From Octopus sinensis (Eukaryota): DNA of 64,000 nt. This document shows, in pieces, positions 39,991 through 54,360 of this stretch (its first letter is position 1; the number at the start of each line of letters is the position of its first letter). A program made the translations under genes and the position numbers. The stretch is from positions 11,780,001 to 11,844,000 of the forward strand of contig NC_043005.1 in the NCBI RefSeq assembly GCF_006345805.1. Reading direction: 5' to 3'. The notes beneath the pieces were generated by a model that did not search any database, had not been told where the DNA came from, and saw nothing but the letters and a program-made list of their open reading frames with translations.

Positions 39991-41087
39991 GAAAAAGTTT
40001 ACAAAACGCAGCACTAAAGGTTGAATATGGAAAATTATTGGTTATTAAGGAAGGTCAAAGTTTACCCTAAAAAAAGCAGAAGATTGTAATGAAGCACAAT
40101 ATGTGGGCATTTCTATTTTCGTTTGCTACATCAACATATAATAAATTCTTAACACTGAAACAGTACCTCTTTTTTTTAGTTTTTGTTTGGAACAAAAATA
40201 TCTTCGAGCCGAGATAGTGTACGTTATTGGGATGCGATCCTTGCTGACTTAGAAACGTGAATTTCGAAACTCAAGTATGAATAACAGATCAAACAACAAA
40301 ACTAGATATTTTACACAATGTAGATGAGGAGAAATCTGTATGAGATTTAAATCAGGCATTAGTAAGATAAATACATGAATTATGATAGTTAATAAATCAA
40401 ACAATTCTCGTCACTGTTTTTTTTTCTAGTATTTATTATAAAAATGGAGACTTTCTTACAAACGTAATGAAAAAAAAAACCGTAAGGACAAATATGTAGG
40501 TTAATTGGCCAATCAGTATTGTCAATGAATGTCGTTCTACAATAAACCTCGTGATGACGACATCTTTACTGACACAATGGCGACAATAATGATGACAAAA
40601 CGATAATGATGATGTGGGTAATGACAATGTTTCATATCAATTTCCATGATAATATCGCATTCAATGATATACTTGTGCTCAAACACACACCCACACACTT
40701 AAACACACACACACATGCACATACACACTCACACACATGCACATACACACTTACAAACACACACATGTATATACTGTGCTCACATGTTTGTGTGTACGTT
40801 CAGATACGTTGCTGTGAATAAACGTTAATTTGTATGGACGTCCTTGTAGTAATTATACATACATGGGTATTCTAATATTTGGAATTAATTCAATTGTCCA
40901 TTCCGAAGATAAGGTTCGCTTCAGCTTTAATTTTGAATGCAAATGTTAACGAGCATATTGTAGTGGGCTTTCTTTGAACGTGACTTGTGTTAATCGTACT
41001 ATTCTCTTCCTGATCAATGAAAAAAAAACTGAGTTCTGCGTCTTTGTTTAGGACGATAGATACTGACATAGATGTACGCAAGCATAT

Positions 41088-41164
<77 letters not shown>

Positions 41165-41194
41165 TATATATATATATTATATATATATATATAT

Positions 41195-41375
41195 AGGGAG
41201 TGTTTACGAAACAAAAAAAAAGACGAAGACAGGTGGTGTACAAAACAAACAGATGTATTAGTATAACACTCAGGAATAGAAAAAGTCTTTTACATTTCGA
41301 GCCTACGCTCTTCTACAGAAAAGGAGAGAAAAAAATGTGTGTAGTGGCTAACAATCTATCATGGCTAACGATCTA
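41195..41375 (-). mobile_element. Penelope-LTR-like repeat (same family as 1952-2140)
   Basis: Direct similarity; follows (TA)n. Confidence 0.6.
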
Positions 41376-41908
41376 TCATATATATATATATATATAATGT
41401 ATGTATGTATGTATGTATATATGTATTTGTTGCGCGCGCGTGTGACAGGACCTCATAGAGTAGAAAATTAAAGATTTTCTAAAGAAGAACTCGGCACAAT
41501 ATTTTGTTACCTTACTGGTTAAAGTAGTATGTTTTGAAGAGTAACGTAAAAGAATTAAGAAGAATAAATTTAATTTAGTTTTCTTCAAAATTGTTCTCTA
41601 TCACACCGTTTCTAAACACCTTTCATGCCTTCTTTCCCATAATCATTTTCTCTGAAGTACTTTGCAATATTGATTTCATTTGAGGTTACATTTTGATGAC
41701 ATATTTATGTCAAAATTCCATGTAGACAAACACAAATCGACTCTAAAAATAAAGCAAAGAAAAAATTCAAAATAACACGAATAAAATAATGGAAAACAGA
41801 AAGGGATATTGCATCACAGAACACAAGTTTTCAAATAAAATCAAATGTTTTATGGAGAAAGGAATAAGTTCAAACAGTTATACAAATACGTTAAACAGTA
41901 ATGATAGG

Positions 41909-42297
41909 GATGGAAGCACTCCGTCGGTTACGACGGCGAGGGTTCCGGTTGATCCGAATCAACGGAACAGCCTGCTCGTGAAATTAACGTGTAAGTGGCT
42001 GAGCACTCCACAGACATGTGTACCCTTAACGTAGTTCTCGGGGATATTCAGCGTGACACAGAGAGTGACAAGGCCGGCCCTTTGAAATACAGGTACAACA
42101 GAAACAGGAAGTAAGAGTGAGAGAAAGTTGTGGTGAAAGAGTATAGCAGGGATCACCACCATCGCCTGCCGGAGCCTCGTGGAGCTTTTAGGTGTTTTCG
42201 CTCAATAAACACTCACAACGCCCGGATTGGGAATCTAAACCGCGATCCTATGACCGCGAGTCCGCTGCCCTAACCACTGGGCCATTGCGCCTCCACG
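41909..42297 (-). mobile_element. tRNA-derived SINE (head A, tail X) with 11-bp TSD
   Basis: gtaatgatagg at 41898-41908 and 42298-42308; nearly identical to 59555-59948. Confidence 0.93.
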
Positions 42298-42994
42298 GTA
42301 ATGATAGGAACAGTAATAGTAACAACATTAGCAAATACTTTAGCTAGGAAAGCTTATGAGTATAACAGTAATGTTTAAGGAACCACATTCGCTTCAGTCG
42401 TTACAGAGATGGTGAATTTATATTCGAGGAAATTCCCTGAAAAGCGTTGACCCGGATGATAAAATGCCCGATTGTGTTCTGCTTTTTTTACTTCAGGATC
42501 TCATCCAAGAGAGGACACAAAAAGTAATCTCTCTGTGCCTTTTATATGAAAATAGACATTTTCACGAAGTATGTCGCGAAATATTGTAAGAAATTCTATC
42601 GGCTGAGCGAGACAGCCACACAGGATTATATGCTATACTTTCAGGACCGACCAATTAACGAAAGCCCACTCTGAAACAGTCATAGTATTGCATGTTTTGG
42701 AGCAAATATAAAAGTGACGATGGGTAGAATTTGCAGAGGTGTTATTCCGTGACGTACCGTTACTTTTGTGCCACCGACGAGCGGGCGATGAGCTTCGGGG
42801 TAAAGAGAGGTGACATGTGGTTGGGTGGAATCATAATCAACATGCGAGTGCTAATGAATCCCGAAATTTATAAAGCCATGCTTCGGTTGTTTCAAGTTTA
42901 GTCTATCGAGACAGAAGGGGATTAACCGATGCTACCGAACAAAAACGGCTTTTTGATATACGTGCAGTAGTAAGGGCATTTTCCCCGTGAGTGA

Positions 42995-43029
42995 ATTTGG
43001 TAGACGGAAACTGAAAGAAGCCCGTCGTA

Positions 43030-43080
<51 letters not shown>

Positions 43081-43285
43081 TTGTGCGTCTGTGTTTGACA
43101 ACCGATGCTGGTGTGTTTACGTCCCCGTAACTTAGCGGTTCGGCAAAAAAGAGACCGATAAAATAAGTACTAGGCTTACAAAGAATAAGTCCTGGGGTCG
43201 ATTTGATCGACTAAAGGCAGTGCTCCAGCATGGCCACAGTCACATGACTGAAACAAGTAAAAGAGTAAAAGAGTAAAAGAGTAAC
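42995..43285 (+). mobile_element. Family K SINE, 5'-truncated
   Basis: 3' half with (GAGTAAAA)n tail. Confidence 0.88.
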
Positions 43286-43684
43286 ATGTGCCCGACGGAG
43301 ATAAGCGTTCATTCCTCGGAAATTCCGTGCCATCTAATGACCACACACACCCACACACACGCACGCACACACACACACACACATATATAGTGATCTGTGC
43401 TCACTGAGCTGGTGGCCCTGCTTCTAAGGCAAACCTAGGATATGTGCTTTTAACTGCATATTCTGAGTAAGTCAATGCTAGATAAAATTAGTTAAATATA
43501 AAGGCCAATATAAAATGTAAAATGTGATTGGCAAGGTGCTTTTCGTTCCAGCTACCTAAGGGGTTTCCTCAAGTATTGTTATCAATGATATAAGAGCTAA
43601 TACTTGATGGCTGTGATGGTGGTGGTTGGCATGTTTTTCGTAATGGTAATTATTTTGTTAATGCTATTAATATTTCACCTGGAG

Positions 43685-44065
43685 TAGGCGGCAAGCTGGA
43701 AAAACGTTACCACGCCGGGCGGTATTTCGTCTGCCGCTACGTTCTGAGTTCAAATTCCGACGAGGTCGACTTTGCCTTTCATCCTTTCGGGGTAGATTAA
43801 ATAAGTACCAGTTACGCACTGGGGTCGATATAATCGACTTAATCCGTTTGTTTGTCCTTGTTTGTCCTCTCTGTGTTTGGCTCCTTGTGGGTAGTAAATA
43901 AATAGGTCTTTAGTCTGCCGTTACGTTCTGAGTTCAAATTCCGCCGAGGTCGACTTTGCCTTTCATCCTTTCGGGGTCAATAAATTAAGTACCAGTTGCG
44001 TACTGGTGTCGATCTATTTACTGCTTCTCCTCCCGGAAAAGTTTTGGCTTTGTGCCTAGATTAGA
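43685..44065 (+). mobile_element. Dimeric family N SINE
   Basis: head-core-tailA-core-tailB. Confidence 0.88.
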
Positions 44066-44210
44066 AGGGAATATTTCAACTGAAGCAGATAGTCGGGATA
44101 GAAAGTGGGATGTTGCATTCAATCACTCTTAATGAAACACAGTTCAATGTGAAAGGGGTAAAAGGAATTGACTTTTAATTCTGCCTGGAGGCTGCAATCA
44201 ATCAATCAAT

Positions 44211-44261
<51 letters not shown>

Positions 44262-44786
44262 AAGAAACCACGAAAGAAAATAGAAAGAAAGGAAAAAGAG
44301 AATTAGAGCAATATTTCGGGAGTGCAATCGGATGGTGTATTAGAGTTCTTTCCTGCATAGGTGGCAGTCTGCGTTCCTTTCTTGGAAGCTTTTATTTTTA
44401 TTATAGGGTATAAATTTCTCATGCATTAATATGATTGTTTTTTTGCTCTTCCATCGTTTAACGATTAAAAAGTTGCATTTTGCACAAAATATTATTCTAT
44501 GTTGAAGTTTCTGTGACCAATTATAAAGCCATTATATTTTTATCATTATTCTTGATATAATTATTGACAGGGCAGTGGAGCAGCATAATTAGTAGAGTGT
44601 TGGACACAATGCTATGCAACATTTATTCTGGATCTTTCATTTATGAGTTCAAAACCATCAAAGTCATCTTTGCTTTCATCCTTCCGAGGTTGATAAATAA
44701 GTTCCAGTCGTTATAATTTTGGCTGCTCCTCCCCTATTTCCAAATGTCTGATTTGATTCTTATGGTAGTCATTATTATTATTATAT

Positions 44787-45640
44787 GGGAAAATGCGAGC
44801 AAGAGATTATGAACCTGGAAATATACAGGACAGGTTCTTACACTTGGAAAAATTCAGAACAATTTATTATATTGGAAAAGTACAGAACAAAAACATTTTT
44901 ACTGAAAATATTGCAGCAAAGGATAAAGTTTCAAATAAAATATTTAGAGTTAGAAAATATTAGCTTTTAAAAATTTTAGATAATTCAATTAAAATATCTT
45001 TTGACTTAAAAAAATTCCTTTTCTTAATTTTTAATGAATAATGGTAAGTTTGAAGACAGATTATAAAAATGAGACATAATTAGTACAATATAAAGAATAA
45101 TACAAAAATTAGTTATATAGAAAGGTAAAATCTACCTATAACAACAAATTTACAGTAAAATTGTATTCATTAAATTAATTGGCGTTTCCATAAATATTAA
45201 ATGTTTGAGTTCTTTTCTCGTATATGTATGTATTTATATATACTTGCAATCAGTTATTGCCAAGTCTTCACATTTTTAGTCTAGACCCAATGCCTATTTT
45301 TATATAATCAATTTTCCTACTATATATACAATTCTACTTTGCATAAAACGTTAACTATACTGATGCTTCTGGCTCTCATTTCAAAGTATTCTAGTGTGTC
45401 AATATTTTAACAAAATAATGCTACCTTTTTTAATTATAATATTACTTTGTAAGTAAAAATCAAATAATTTTTAATATTCAAAATTTATCCTTAGCTGCAA
45501 TAATTAAATAAAAAAAATTTCTTCTTCTCTACTTTACCAGATGTAATAAGTTATCCTCAATTTTCCCAATTGTAATAACTTGTTCTGTACTTTTCCAGGT
45601 TTATAATCTTAAGAATATTATTTCTCTTGCTCGCATTTTT
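44787..45640. mobile_element. Fold-back/MITE-like element with modular inverted termini
   Basis: 44787-44890 is an imperfect reverse complement of 45524-45640; each arm has about three 27-29 bp subunits. Confidence 0.6.
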
Positions 45641-46419
45641 TCTTGTTTTCTCCAGCGTATGCTATTATGCTAATTAATAATGTGGCAATTAATACTTTAA
45701 GATTTTACTTTATTGAAAATTGTTGACATTCTAATCTGACATAATTAATCTAATTGCAAATTAGCGGTGTCGTTGATAATATTTTCCCTACCTCAATGAT
45801 GCCGGTGACATATATAAATGGTCCCCTAGAACTATATTATCACCCTCAAATTTCAGAAACAAACACTCATAACTTTTTCTTTTAAAACTTCATTGCATGA
45901 GTTTGATCCCATGAAATTCTTCGAATTGAGTTTTATCATTTAAGCTTTATTAAAATATTGTTTGTTTCTAAAATAAAAAAAAAAGTTAATTATACTTAAG
46001 TCCAAGTTTTTGCTTTACTTCAACTTTTTTTATATAAATTTTTGTTGCATGGGACTAAAACTATGAAATTCCTCATGCTTTCTTCTATTATTGTAGTTAA
46101 GATAAATATATTTTGCTTTTAAAATAAAAATGTTATTTAGATCTAAACTTGACTGGAGGCGTTACTTACTCTGCCATAACTTTGCTACAAATTTTGACCA
46201 AATCTCAATATTTTATGCTAAAGTGTAGCTAGGGGACTAGTCCTCTTCAACAAAGTTAACAGTTTTCAATATGGTAATGAAATGAATTAGCGACAAACCC
46301 TGAAAAGTGTTGCGTGTGAGTAAATTGCGGGCTTAAGAATATTATTCAACTACTACCGTATTTGGGTGTTTAAGATAAAGTTAGAAGAACAAGATTAAAA
46401 ATAATTCTTATTATTATTA

Positions 46420-46880
46420 AGGCAGCGAGAATGCAGAATCGCTAGCACACCGGGCAACATGATTAGTATTTCGTCTGTCTCTTCATTCTGAGCTCAAATT
46501 CCGTCGAGGTTGACTTCGACTTTTATCCTTTCGGGGTCGATTAAATAAGTATCAGTTACGCACCGTGTGGTAAAAATTTGAAATAATCGTTAGCACAAAG
46601 TTAAAGTTAGAAAGAACAAAAACATTAAAAATAATTCTTATAATTATTCTTATTATTAAGGCGGTGAGCTGGCAGAATCACTAGCACGCTGGGCAATATG
46701 CTTAGCGGTATTTCCGCTGACGTTAGGTTCTGAGTTCGACTGCCGCTACATTCTGAGGTCGACTTTGCCTTTCATCCTTTCGAGGGCGATAAATTAAGTA
46801 TCAGCGAAATACCGGTTGATGTAATCTACTAGTCCCCTCCCCACAAATTTCAGGTTTTGTGCCTTCAGTAGAAAGGATTA
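46420..46880 (+). mobile_element. Two family N SINE copies
   Basis: Heads at about 46420 and 46659. Confidence 0.8.
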
Positions 46881-48297
46881 TTATTCATATTATTACAATA
46901 CAACTGATAGTAATAATAGAGCTATAATTAATGCTGATGTTTTGGTGTTGTGGAATATTCTTAGAACCAATTGAGGCATTTAGTAACAGAATGTCGTAAG
47001 CGCCAAGCCGGTCATTTTCGACATTAGTATATCATTTTCTTTGCCTTGACGTCTAGAATACGAAAACGTTGAGAAGAAGAACCGGTGCGGCTTGCAAGAG
47101 GATCGAAAATCCGGCTGAAAAAAATTGTACCCTGACGCTGTTGACACGATGCTCGCTCACCCAAACTCGGAGCAGAGAGTTTAATAACATACCATCGTAA
47201 ACACACACGCTCAATCAATAACTTTGTTGTACTCCCTGTATCGTTTTTCGAGGTGTTATGGTTCATTTTCTTCTATTCTTCGTTACGATCGTTATTATCT
47301 TACTATTTTGCCTTACGTCTTAAATATACTCATCTTTGTATATTAAAACACAAACATACCTAGGGTGGGGGTCTCTGTATGTTTTTTCTTCTAAGTATTA
47401 TGGCTAAAATATGCACTGGGATACACCGTCTCGTAGTCTCGGTATATTCTACAAAATGAGAAAGACGCTGTTTGATACTTCAGAGATGTACATAAATAAA
47501 TAATTTTACAAAGGGGAAGATGATTAGAGGAGGTCTTCATTTTAAGACCAAAACCAGCTTCCCAACTTCATTCCTCCCCGAAATATCGCATTCTGAAAGT
47601 CGCGAAACTTTGACCGCGTTTATTTCTCAGTTTTAAAGTTGTGGAGCTTACAACGGTCTGTTACTAAACGCCTCAATTATAAGTAACAAAACATGACCAT
47701 ATATGCAGTGTCTATTTCCTCTCTACTTCAACCGAACATATTTTTCTATAATAGTTCTATAATGTCACTAAGAATGTAGAAATGCGACAAAGTGTCACTG
47801 GCTTCCATATAAATTTAGGGTATTTTATAGACAGAAACAACTAATATTAAGATTATATTGCTTTGTGGATGAAGGTACTTTTGAATTGGTGTAAGTTTTT
47901 AATGATGTTAGTTTAAGAATAATTTTCTATTCTCCGTTATTAAAGCTACAAGTCCTATAAATTTCAAACTCGCCTTCACAAGCGTTATATGTGACAGCAG
48001 ACCATTAGCCACTTGCATTTACACACAGATGCACACACATAAGTGCATTCATATTCACAGCAATGGACAAATATACATCGATATACATGCATACAAACAT
48101 ACATGTATATATGCACATACACGGGTGCATTTGCTTGTGTATTTGGGTGTCAGAGAAAGACATACACACAGTGTGTTTGTGTCTGTGTGTGCGCGCACTC
48201 GCGTATGGGTATGCGAGTGATTGTATGTCTGCGTGCGTGAACACGCGTACACATCAATACATCCATATATTTGGAAACAAATACCTTCAAAACATTG

Positions 48298-48299
48298 AA

Positions 48300-48381
<82 letters not shown>

Positions 48382-48430
48382 GTCTCTCTGTCTATCTGTC
48401 TGTCTATCTATCTATCTATCTATCTATATA

Positions 48431-48513
<83 letters not shown>

Positions 48514-48523
48514 CATATATATA

Positions 48524-48590
<67 letters not shown>
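48298..48590. repeat. (TATC)n then (TA)n
   Basis: Direct inspection. Confidence 0.95.
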
Positions 48591-48591
<1 letters not shown>

Positions 48592-49271
48592 GCGTTTATA
48601 TATTTGGGTGCATGTATATAACGCCATCGATTAATACCTAAAATGTATTATGTACATACAGTTAAAAAAACAATCAAAAATATATGAAAAGAAATCGCAA
48701 AAAAAAAAGGAATAATACAAGACTGACAAATCAGGTGAATGTTTATTGTCACTTAGCAAAAGCAATCAACCAGAAATTTCCTATGAGTCATAGTCGATAT
48801 TCAATTTGGACAGTTAGTTTATAACTGAAGAACATAATCGCTTTCCAGTTTATATATTTTCCTGTTAATTTGCCCTCTTTTCAATTTGCTTTATTCTTTT
48901 TTCTTTTGCTTTTGATACTCTTTCTGGGGATTCTCTCATGCTTAATATGCCGACTCTTTAGGGGGAAAAAAAAAACAAATCTGGGATTGGTTGGAAATGA
49001 ATCAGGTGGTTTATTTAAGAGAATGATAGTAAGAGAGCAAAAAGTAACAAAATGAAAATGTTATGGATATATTTAAAAAAAAACACAAACAAAAAAACAT
49101 TTAATATATGAAGGAAAGTATTATCAAAGTTCGCTGCAGGAATGGGTGTGGGTACAAACTAGCTTATGGAAACCTATAACGTTGTTATGTTGTCCAATAT
49201 TATTAATTCGTTTATAATAATTGAGTGGATATCATCGTCATTAATATCACCATTGTCATTGTCATGGCCAA

Positions 49272-49955
49272 TGTCGACATCATCCTACATTTCCTCCTCC
49301 TCCTCCTTTTTCTTCTTCTTCTTCTTCTTCTTCTTCTTCTTCTTCTTCTTCTTCTCTTCTTCTTCTCTTCTTTTTTCTTCTCTTCTTCTTCCACTTCTTC
49401 TTCTTCTTACTCCTCTTCTCCTTCATCTCCTTTTTCTTCTTCTTCTTCTTCTTCTTCTTCTTCATCTTCTACTTCTTCCACTTCCACTTCTTCTTCTCCT
49501 TCATCTTCTTTTTCTTCTTCAACTTCTTCTTCTACTTCTTCCACTTCCGCTTCCTCTTCCTCATCTTCATCTTCTACTTCTTCTTCTTTTCTTCTTTTCT
49601 TCTTCCCCTTCTCCTTCAACTTCTACTTCTTCTTCTTCTTCTTTTTTCTTCTTCCCCTTTTTCTTCTTCTTCTTTTCTTATTTTTCTTCGTCTTCTTCTT
49701 CTTCTTCTTCTTCTTCCTCCTCTTCTCCTTCATCTTCTTTTTCTTTCTTCTTCATCTTCTTCTTCTTTTTCTTTTTCCTCCTTCTTCTTCTTCTTCTTCT
49801 CCCTCTTCCCCTTCTTCTTCTTCTTCTCCTTCAACTTCCTCTTCTTCTTCTTCTTCTTCTTCTTTTCTTTTCCCCTCCTCTTGCTTCTCCTTTCCTCCTC
49901 CTCCTCCTCCTCCTCCTCCCCCTCTTCGTCCTCCTTTTCGTCCTCCTCATTATCA
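49272..49955. repeat. About 680-bp polypyrimidine (CTT/CCT)n tract
   Basis: Direct inspection. Confidence 0.97.
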
Positions 49956-50282
49956 GCATCATCGGCACTTGAAGTATTTCGTACTAGTTTAGTACTAAGG
50001 CGTACTAAAATATTCAATGGCAATAAATTAAATAAATGATTCAGAACGCAAATGGGTACGATATAATCGATTAAGACCCATGAGGACGCGGTCCCTAGCA
50101 TAACAGCACTCTAAACACAGAAAGCTGTAAATGATTACAAGCATAACTAAATACATACATATACGAGAAATGAGCTCAAACATTTAATATTTATTGAAAG
50201 GCCAATTAATTTAATGAGTATAATTTATCCATCCATCCATCCATCCATCCACACATACATACATAAATACATACATACATAA

Positions 50283-50500
50283 CTTTCTACTTGTTATAGT
50301 CATTAGACTGCGGCCAGGAATTTTTTGTCGAATGAAACAATCCAAGTACTTATTTTTTTTTTTTAAAGCCTGCCCTGGTATTTATTCTGTCACACTATTT
50401 CGCCGAACCGCTAGGTCATGGGGACGCAAACACACCAACACTGGTTGTCAAGCGATGCGAAGGTGGTGGACAAACACAGACACAAAGACACAAACACATA
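50283..50500 (-). mobile_element. Family K SINE 3' fragment
   Basis: 'cgccgaaccgctagg..gtaaa/gcaaacacacca..ggttgtcaagcgatg'. Confidence 0.7.
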
Positions 50501-51282
50501 GATATATACATACATACATATATATATATATATAACTTATAAATAAGGGCAAACTTATTTATAAGTTGTTCATAATTTTAATCTTTAAAGGTATTTTTTA
50601 ATATGCTGGCCATTGATAAAATTTTCTTTCGAAAAAATTTTATCCTACATTAAATATATATATATATATATAGACGATGGTCTTCTTTCAGTTTCAAATC
50701 CACCGAATAACAGCAAAACGATTGAGAAAAAATTGCTTATTATGACTTACATGTTGTTGAGATAATTGCTTAAGCCTTACTCTGCTTTAATCGATTGTAC
50801 ATATGATACTGCCTTCATTATATTGTCCATTTTGTATAACATGCAAGAATTTCTGAAGTATTCGTTTCTACTGAAGACAATATAACAAGAATTTTATGCG
50901 AGAACAGCTGTTGTTTGTAATAAGTTAAGCTGCAACGCAGAGATACTTATGTTTGAAGCACTTCTTTTGTTACTCAAGACAGTGATGTTATGGTTTACTG
51001 GAGCCGTTTTCCAAATTCTTAGAGGCCTATTGACCACTTAGAAGTTCCTTCTCAAAAAACGGCCAGGATTAAGCTTCACCTACGAATTAGCCACTGATAT
51101 AAAATCTGGTATTACCGGTGAGCTTCCACTGGTATAAGAATACTATACAAATATGAAGGAAAAATTAGTACCAGAAATTCTAAAGAATCCAGTGTAAAAT
51201 GGTGCAACAGAGAGATGAAAATTTATATTCATTCAGGTTTCATGATTTTACGAATAATTGAAGGATTATAATCCCTTGTGAA

Positions 51283-51615
51283 GGCGCATGGCTGAATGGT
51301 TAGAGCGTAGAGCTTACGATCGTGAGGTTGTGAGCTCGAATCCCGGACCGGGCTGCGTGTTGTGTTCTTGAGCAAGGCACTTTATTTCACGTTGCTCCAG
51401 TTCACTCAGCTGTAGAAATGAGTTGCGACGTCACTGGTGCCAAGCTGTATCGACCTTTGTCTTTCCCTTGGATAACACTGGTGGCGTGGAGAGGGGAGGC
51501 CGGTATGCATGGGCGACTGCTGGTCTTCCATAAACAACCTCGCCCGGACTTGTGTCAAGGAGGGTAATTTTCTAGGTGCAATCCCATGGTCTGTGTCGTG
51601 ACCGAAGGGGGTCTC
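51283..51615 (+). mobile_element. CORE-type tRNA-derived SINE (tail W)
   Basis: tRNA-like head then 'tgtgttcttgagcaaggcactttatttcacgttgctccagttcactcagctg', resembling the MIR/CORE domain. Confidence 0.85.
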
Positions 51616-51662
51616 CGATAATCCCTTGTATTTCCTCCACTGAACTTGCCACATAATAATCG

Positions 51663-52015
51663 ACATACATACATACATACATACATACATACATACATCA
51701 TACATACATACATACATACATACAACATACATACATACATACATACATACATACTACATACATACATACATACATACATACATACATACATACATACATA
51801 CATACATACAACATACATACATACATACACATACATACATACATACATACATACATACATACATACATACATACATACATACATACATACATCCATACAT
51901 ACATACATACATACATACATACATACATACATACATACATACATACATGCATACATACATACATACATACATACATACATACATACATACATACATACAT
52001 ACATACATACATACA
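51663..52015. repeat. (TACA)n array, about 350 bp
   Basis: Direct inspection. Confidence 0.98.
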
Positions 52016-53502
52016 ATAGACGCCTTCAAAGTCAGATATAGAAGTACAGAGTGCTGTTAAGAATGCCTCTTTGGACATTTTTTCTGCAATTATGTGAAAC
52101 CTCTGCAGCCTAAATGAGTAACTGTTTTCTTCCGTTAGTTATAAATAAGAAATACATTTTTCTTAGAAATTTAGCATTATAGAGACCGGATTACAAAATA
52201 TGTCTTAGACCACATGGAATCTCGCTTCTATCTTCATGGCTGATGTTGGTAATAATATCAGCAACTAAACCAAAGAAAGCTGGATGAGGTCCAGCTAAAT
52301 TTAAACTATTTTACAGCAAAACAGTTTCGGCAATAATCATTTTTCTTTGCTAAAATGTAGCTATCACATATAGGAAATGTTATCAAGCACGCGTTATGTT
52401 AATCGATCTTCCCAAAATACTAAGAACCGATCAAATTTTTTCCTAAGATAGATCGAAAATTATGTACATAAACCGCTTCCACCTTCTTCAAATCCTGATT
52501 GTCTCCATATGCAACAGATTCGACTGAAATCACTGTGGAATATATCCGAATTAAGAACATTTTGAAAAATCGTATTTCGTATAAAATTTTTTCCAGTTTT
52601 TTAAGGTGTCATTGTTACAGGTAATTCTTACTGAGATTAGATGAAAAAACAAATAGCTCACACGTTAAAAGTTGTCGATGGTGTTGCTGCAGATCACGTG
52701 AAATAATTTAATATCAATTACTGGGCAATTAATACCTTCTTATACACGACTGGTATTACGCCAGAGGAACACCCAAAAGAAATCTGCAAAGCACATGCTA
52801 ATGAAATACCTAAACGGAAGCAACCGAGATGAAAAATAAAACTTAATGAAAACATCAGCAATCTGCTCCGTAATATCGAATTATTAGCCATAATAAAATG
52901 TAAGGTAAATAATGAATCCATCCCCAACCAATAACGTCTTATGCAAAATCATAGCAAAGCCCTACGGACTGTAGGGTCCGGGAACCGGGGGTGCAGGTGG
53001 TGCGCTTGCAGCCCCAAAACTTTTAGCGGGTGCAAATCAAAATTTTGCTACGTTTAGAAAATAGTGGCGAAAAATTGTTTTGTAAAAAGTTGCTTGAAGT
53101 TAAATTTCTTCTCAAAACAAGAACAAATGACAAAAGTAAATAAATAAAAAGTCGAAATGTTTACTAATGAAGCTGGTTGTAAAATTCCCAAGGGAATTCT
53201 CCACTATGAAAATCCCTTCACTGTCCAGCTACACACATTCTTCATTTACTAAAACTGACTCATCATCATCATTGGCATAATTTTCTAATATTCTGCTGCT
53301 ACAACCATAAGCACTACTACTATCGGGCCTTTCTTACTATCACTGTCCACCTCAGTTAGTATGTATACCTCTACAGCTCCGTGATAAGTCAGCCAAATTT
53401 AAAGAAAGTAAAATCTGTAAACGTACGATAAAACCAAACTATGCCAGTTTTCTCAAATCAAGGGACTATACAGACACGGTAACTGTAATTTTACTCACTT
53501 AC

Positions 53503-53571
53503 CTGGGACAAAGTACGCAGCATTGAATCAGACCGCTTGACAGACCAGTAACTGTGTGGTCTGTCTTGAAC
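53503..53571 (-). CDS. Candidate 69-bp internal exon of an unidentified host gene
   Basis: tctgtag| ... CAG|gtaagtgagt; two open frames (VQDRPHSYWSVKRSDSMLRTLSQ or FKTDHTVTGLSSGLIQCCVLCP); unique sequence; protein not recognised. Confidence 0.35.
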
Positions 53572-53949
53572 CTACAGATCGTTATAAATAATTAATTTCT
53601 ATGATATAGCCAGAGAGGAGAGAATTGTTACCGGAGATCTCTCACACCATTGTTTGTGTTTATCCCGTGCACATCATCATGTAAAAGCTATGCGAGGAAC
53701 CAACGTATTTTTGTTGACAGAATTATTCATGTTGAATCCGTTTACTGTAACTTCTATTAGGTAAAAATAGATGCGGCTGTCAATTTTGACCTGTTTCATC
53801 TTATTCCCTAATGCTCCTTATCATGAATCGTTTAAACCAGAAGTTTATATTATTTCAAGAGATGTAGCCATATTTCCCTTATCACCAACTTCAAAGGAAG
53901 AATGATCATGCATCTAAACATACGCACGCTTATTTAATGTCACTATACA

Positions 53950-54360
53950 CTTTACTCTTTTACTTGTTTCAGTCATTTGATTGCAGCCATACTGGAGTAC
54001 CGCCTTTAGTCGAGCAAATCGACCCCGGGACTTATTCGTTGTAAGCCCAGTACTTATTCTATCGGTTTCTTTTGCCGAACCGCTAAGTGACGGGGACGTA
54101 AACACACCAGCATCGGTTGTCAAGCAATGCTAGGGGGACAAACACAGACACACAAACATATACACACACACTTATATATATATATATATACATATATTCG
54201 ACAGGCTTCTTTCAGCTTCCGTCTACCAAATCCACTCACAAGGCATTGGTCTGCCCGGGGCTATAGCAGAAGACAATTGCCCAAGATGCCACGCAGTGGG
54301 ACTGAACCCGGAACCATGTGGTTGGTTAGCAAGCTACTTACCACACAGCCACTCCTGCGC
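53950..54360 (-). mobile_element. Family K SINE, full length
   Basis: Match to other K copies. Confidence 0.92.

Noticed and set aside
40240-40285. GAAAC-TCAA-GTA with a short upstream hairpin
   Set aside because: Core reads CTGACTT and there is no stem I
42495-42800. Several short plus-strand splice-bounded open segments
   Set aside because: Mutually inconsistent, very closely spaced and unrecognisable; chance or TE relic
49166-49992. Longest ORFs in the track (268 and 255 aa)
   Set aside because: Translations of the (CTT)n tract, which lacks stops by composition
51406-52078. MYVC/HTYI ORFs, and similar [12 protein letters not shown] ORFs throughout
   Set aside because: Microsatellite translations
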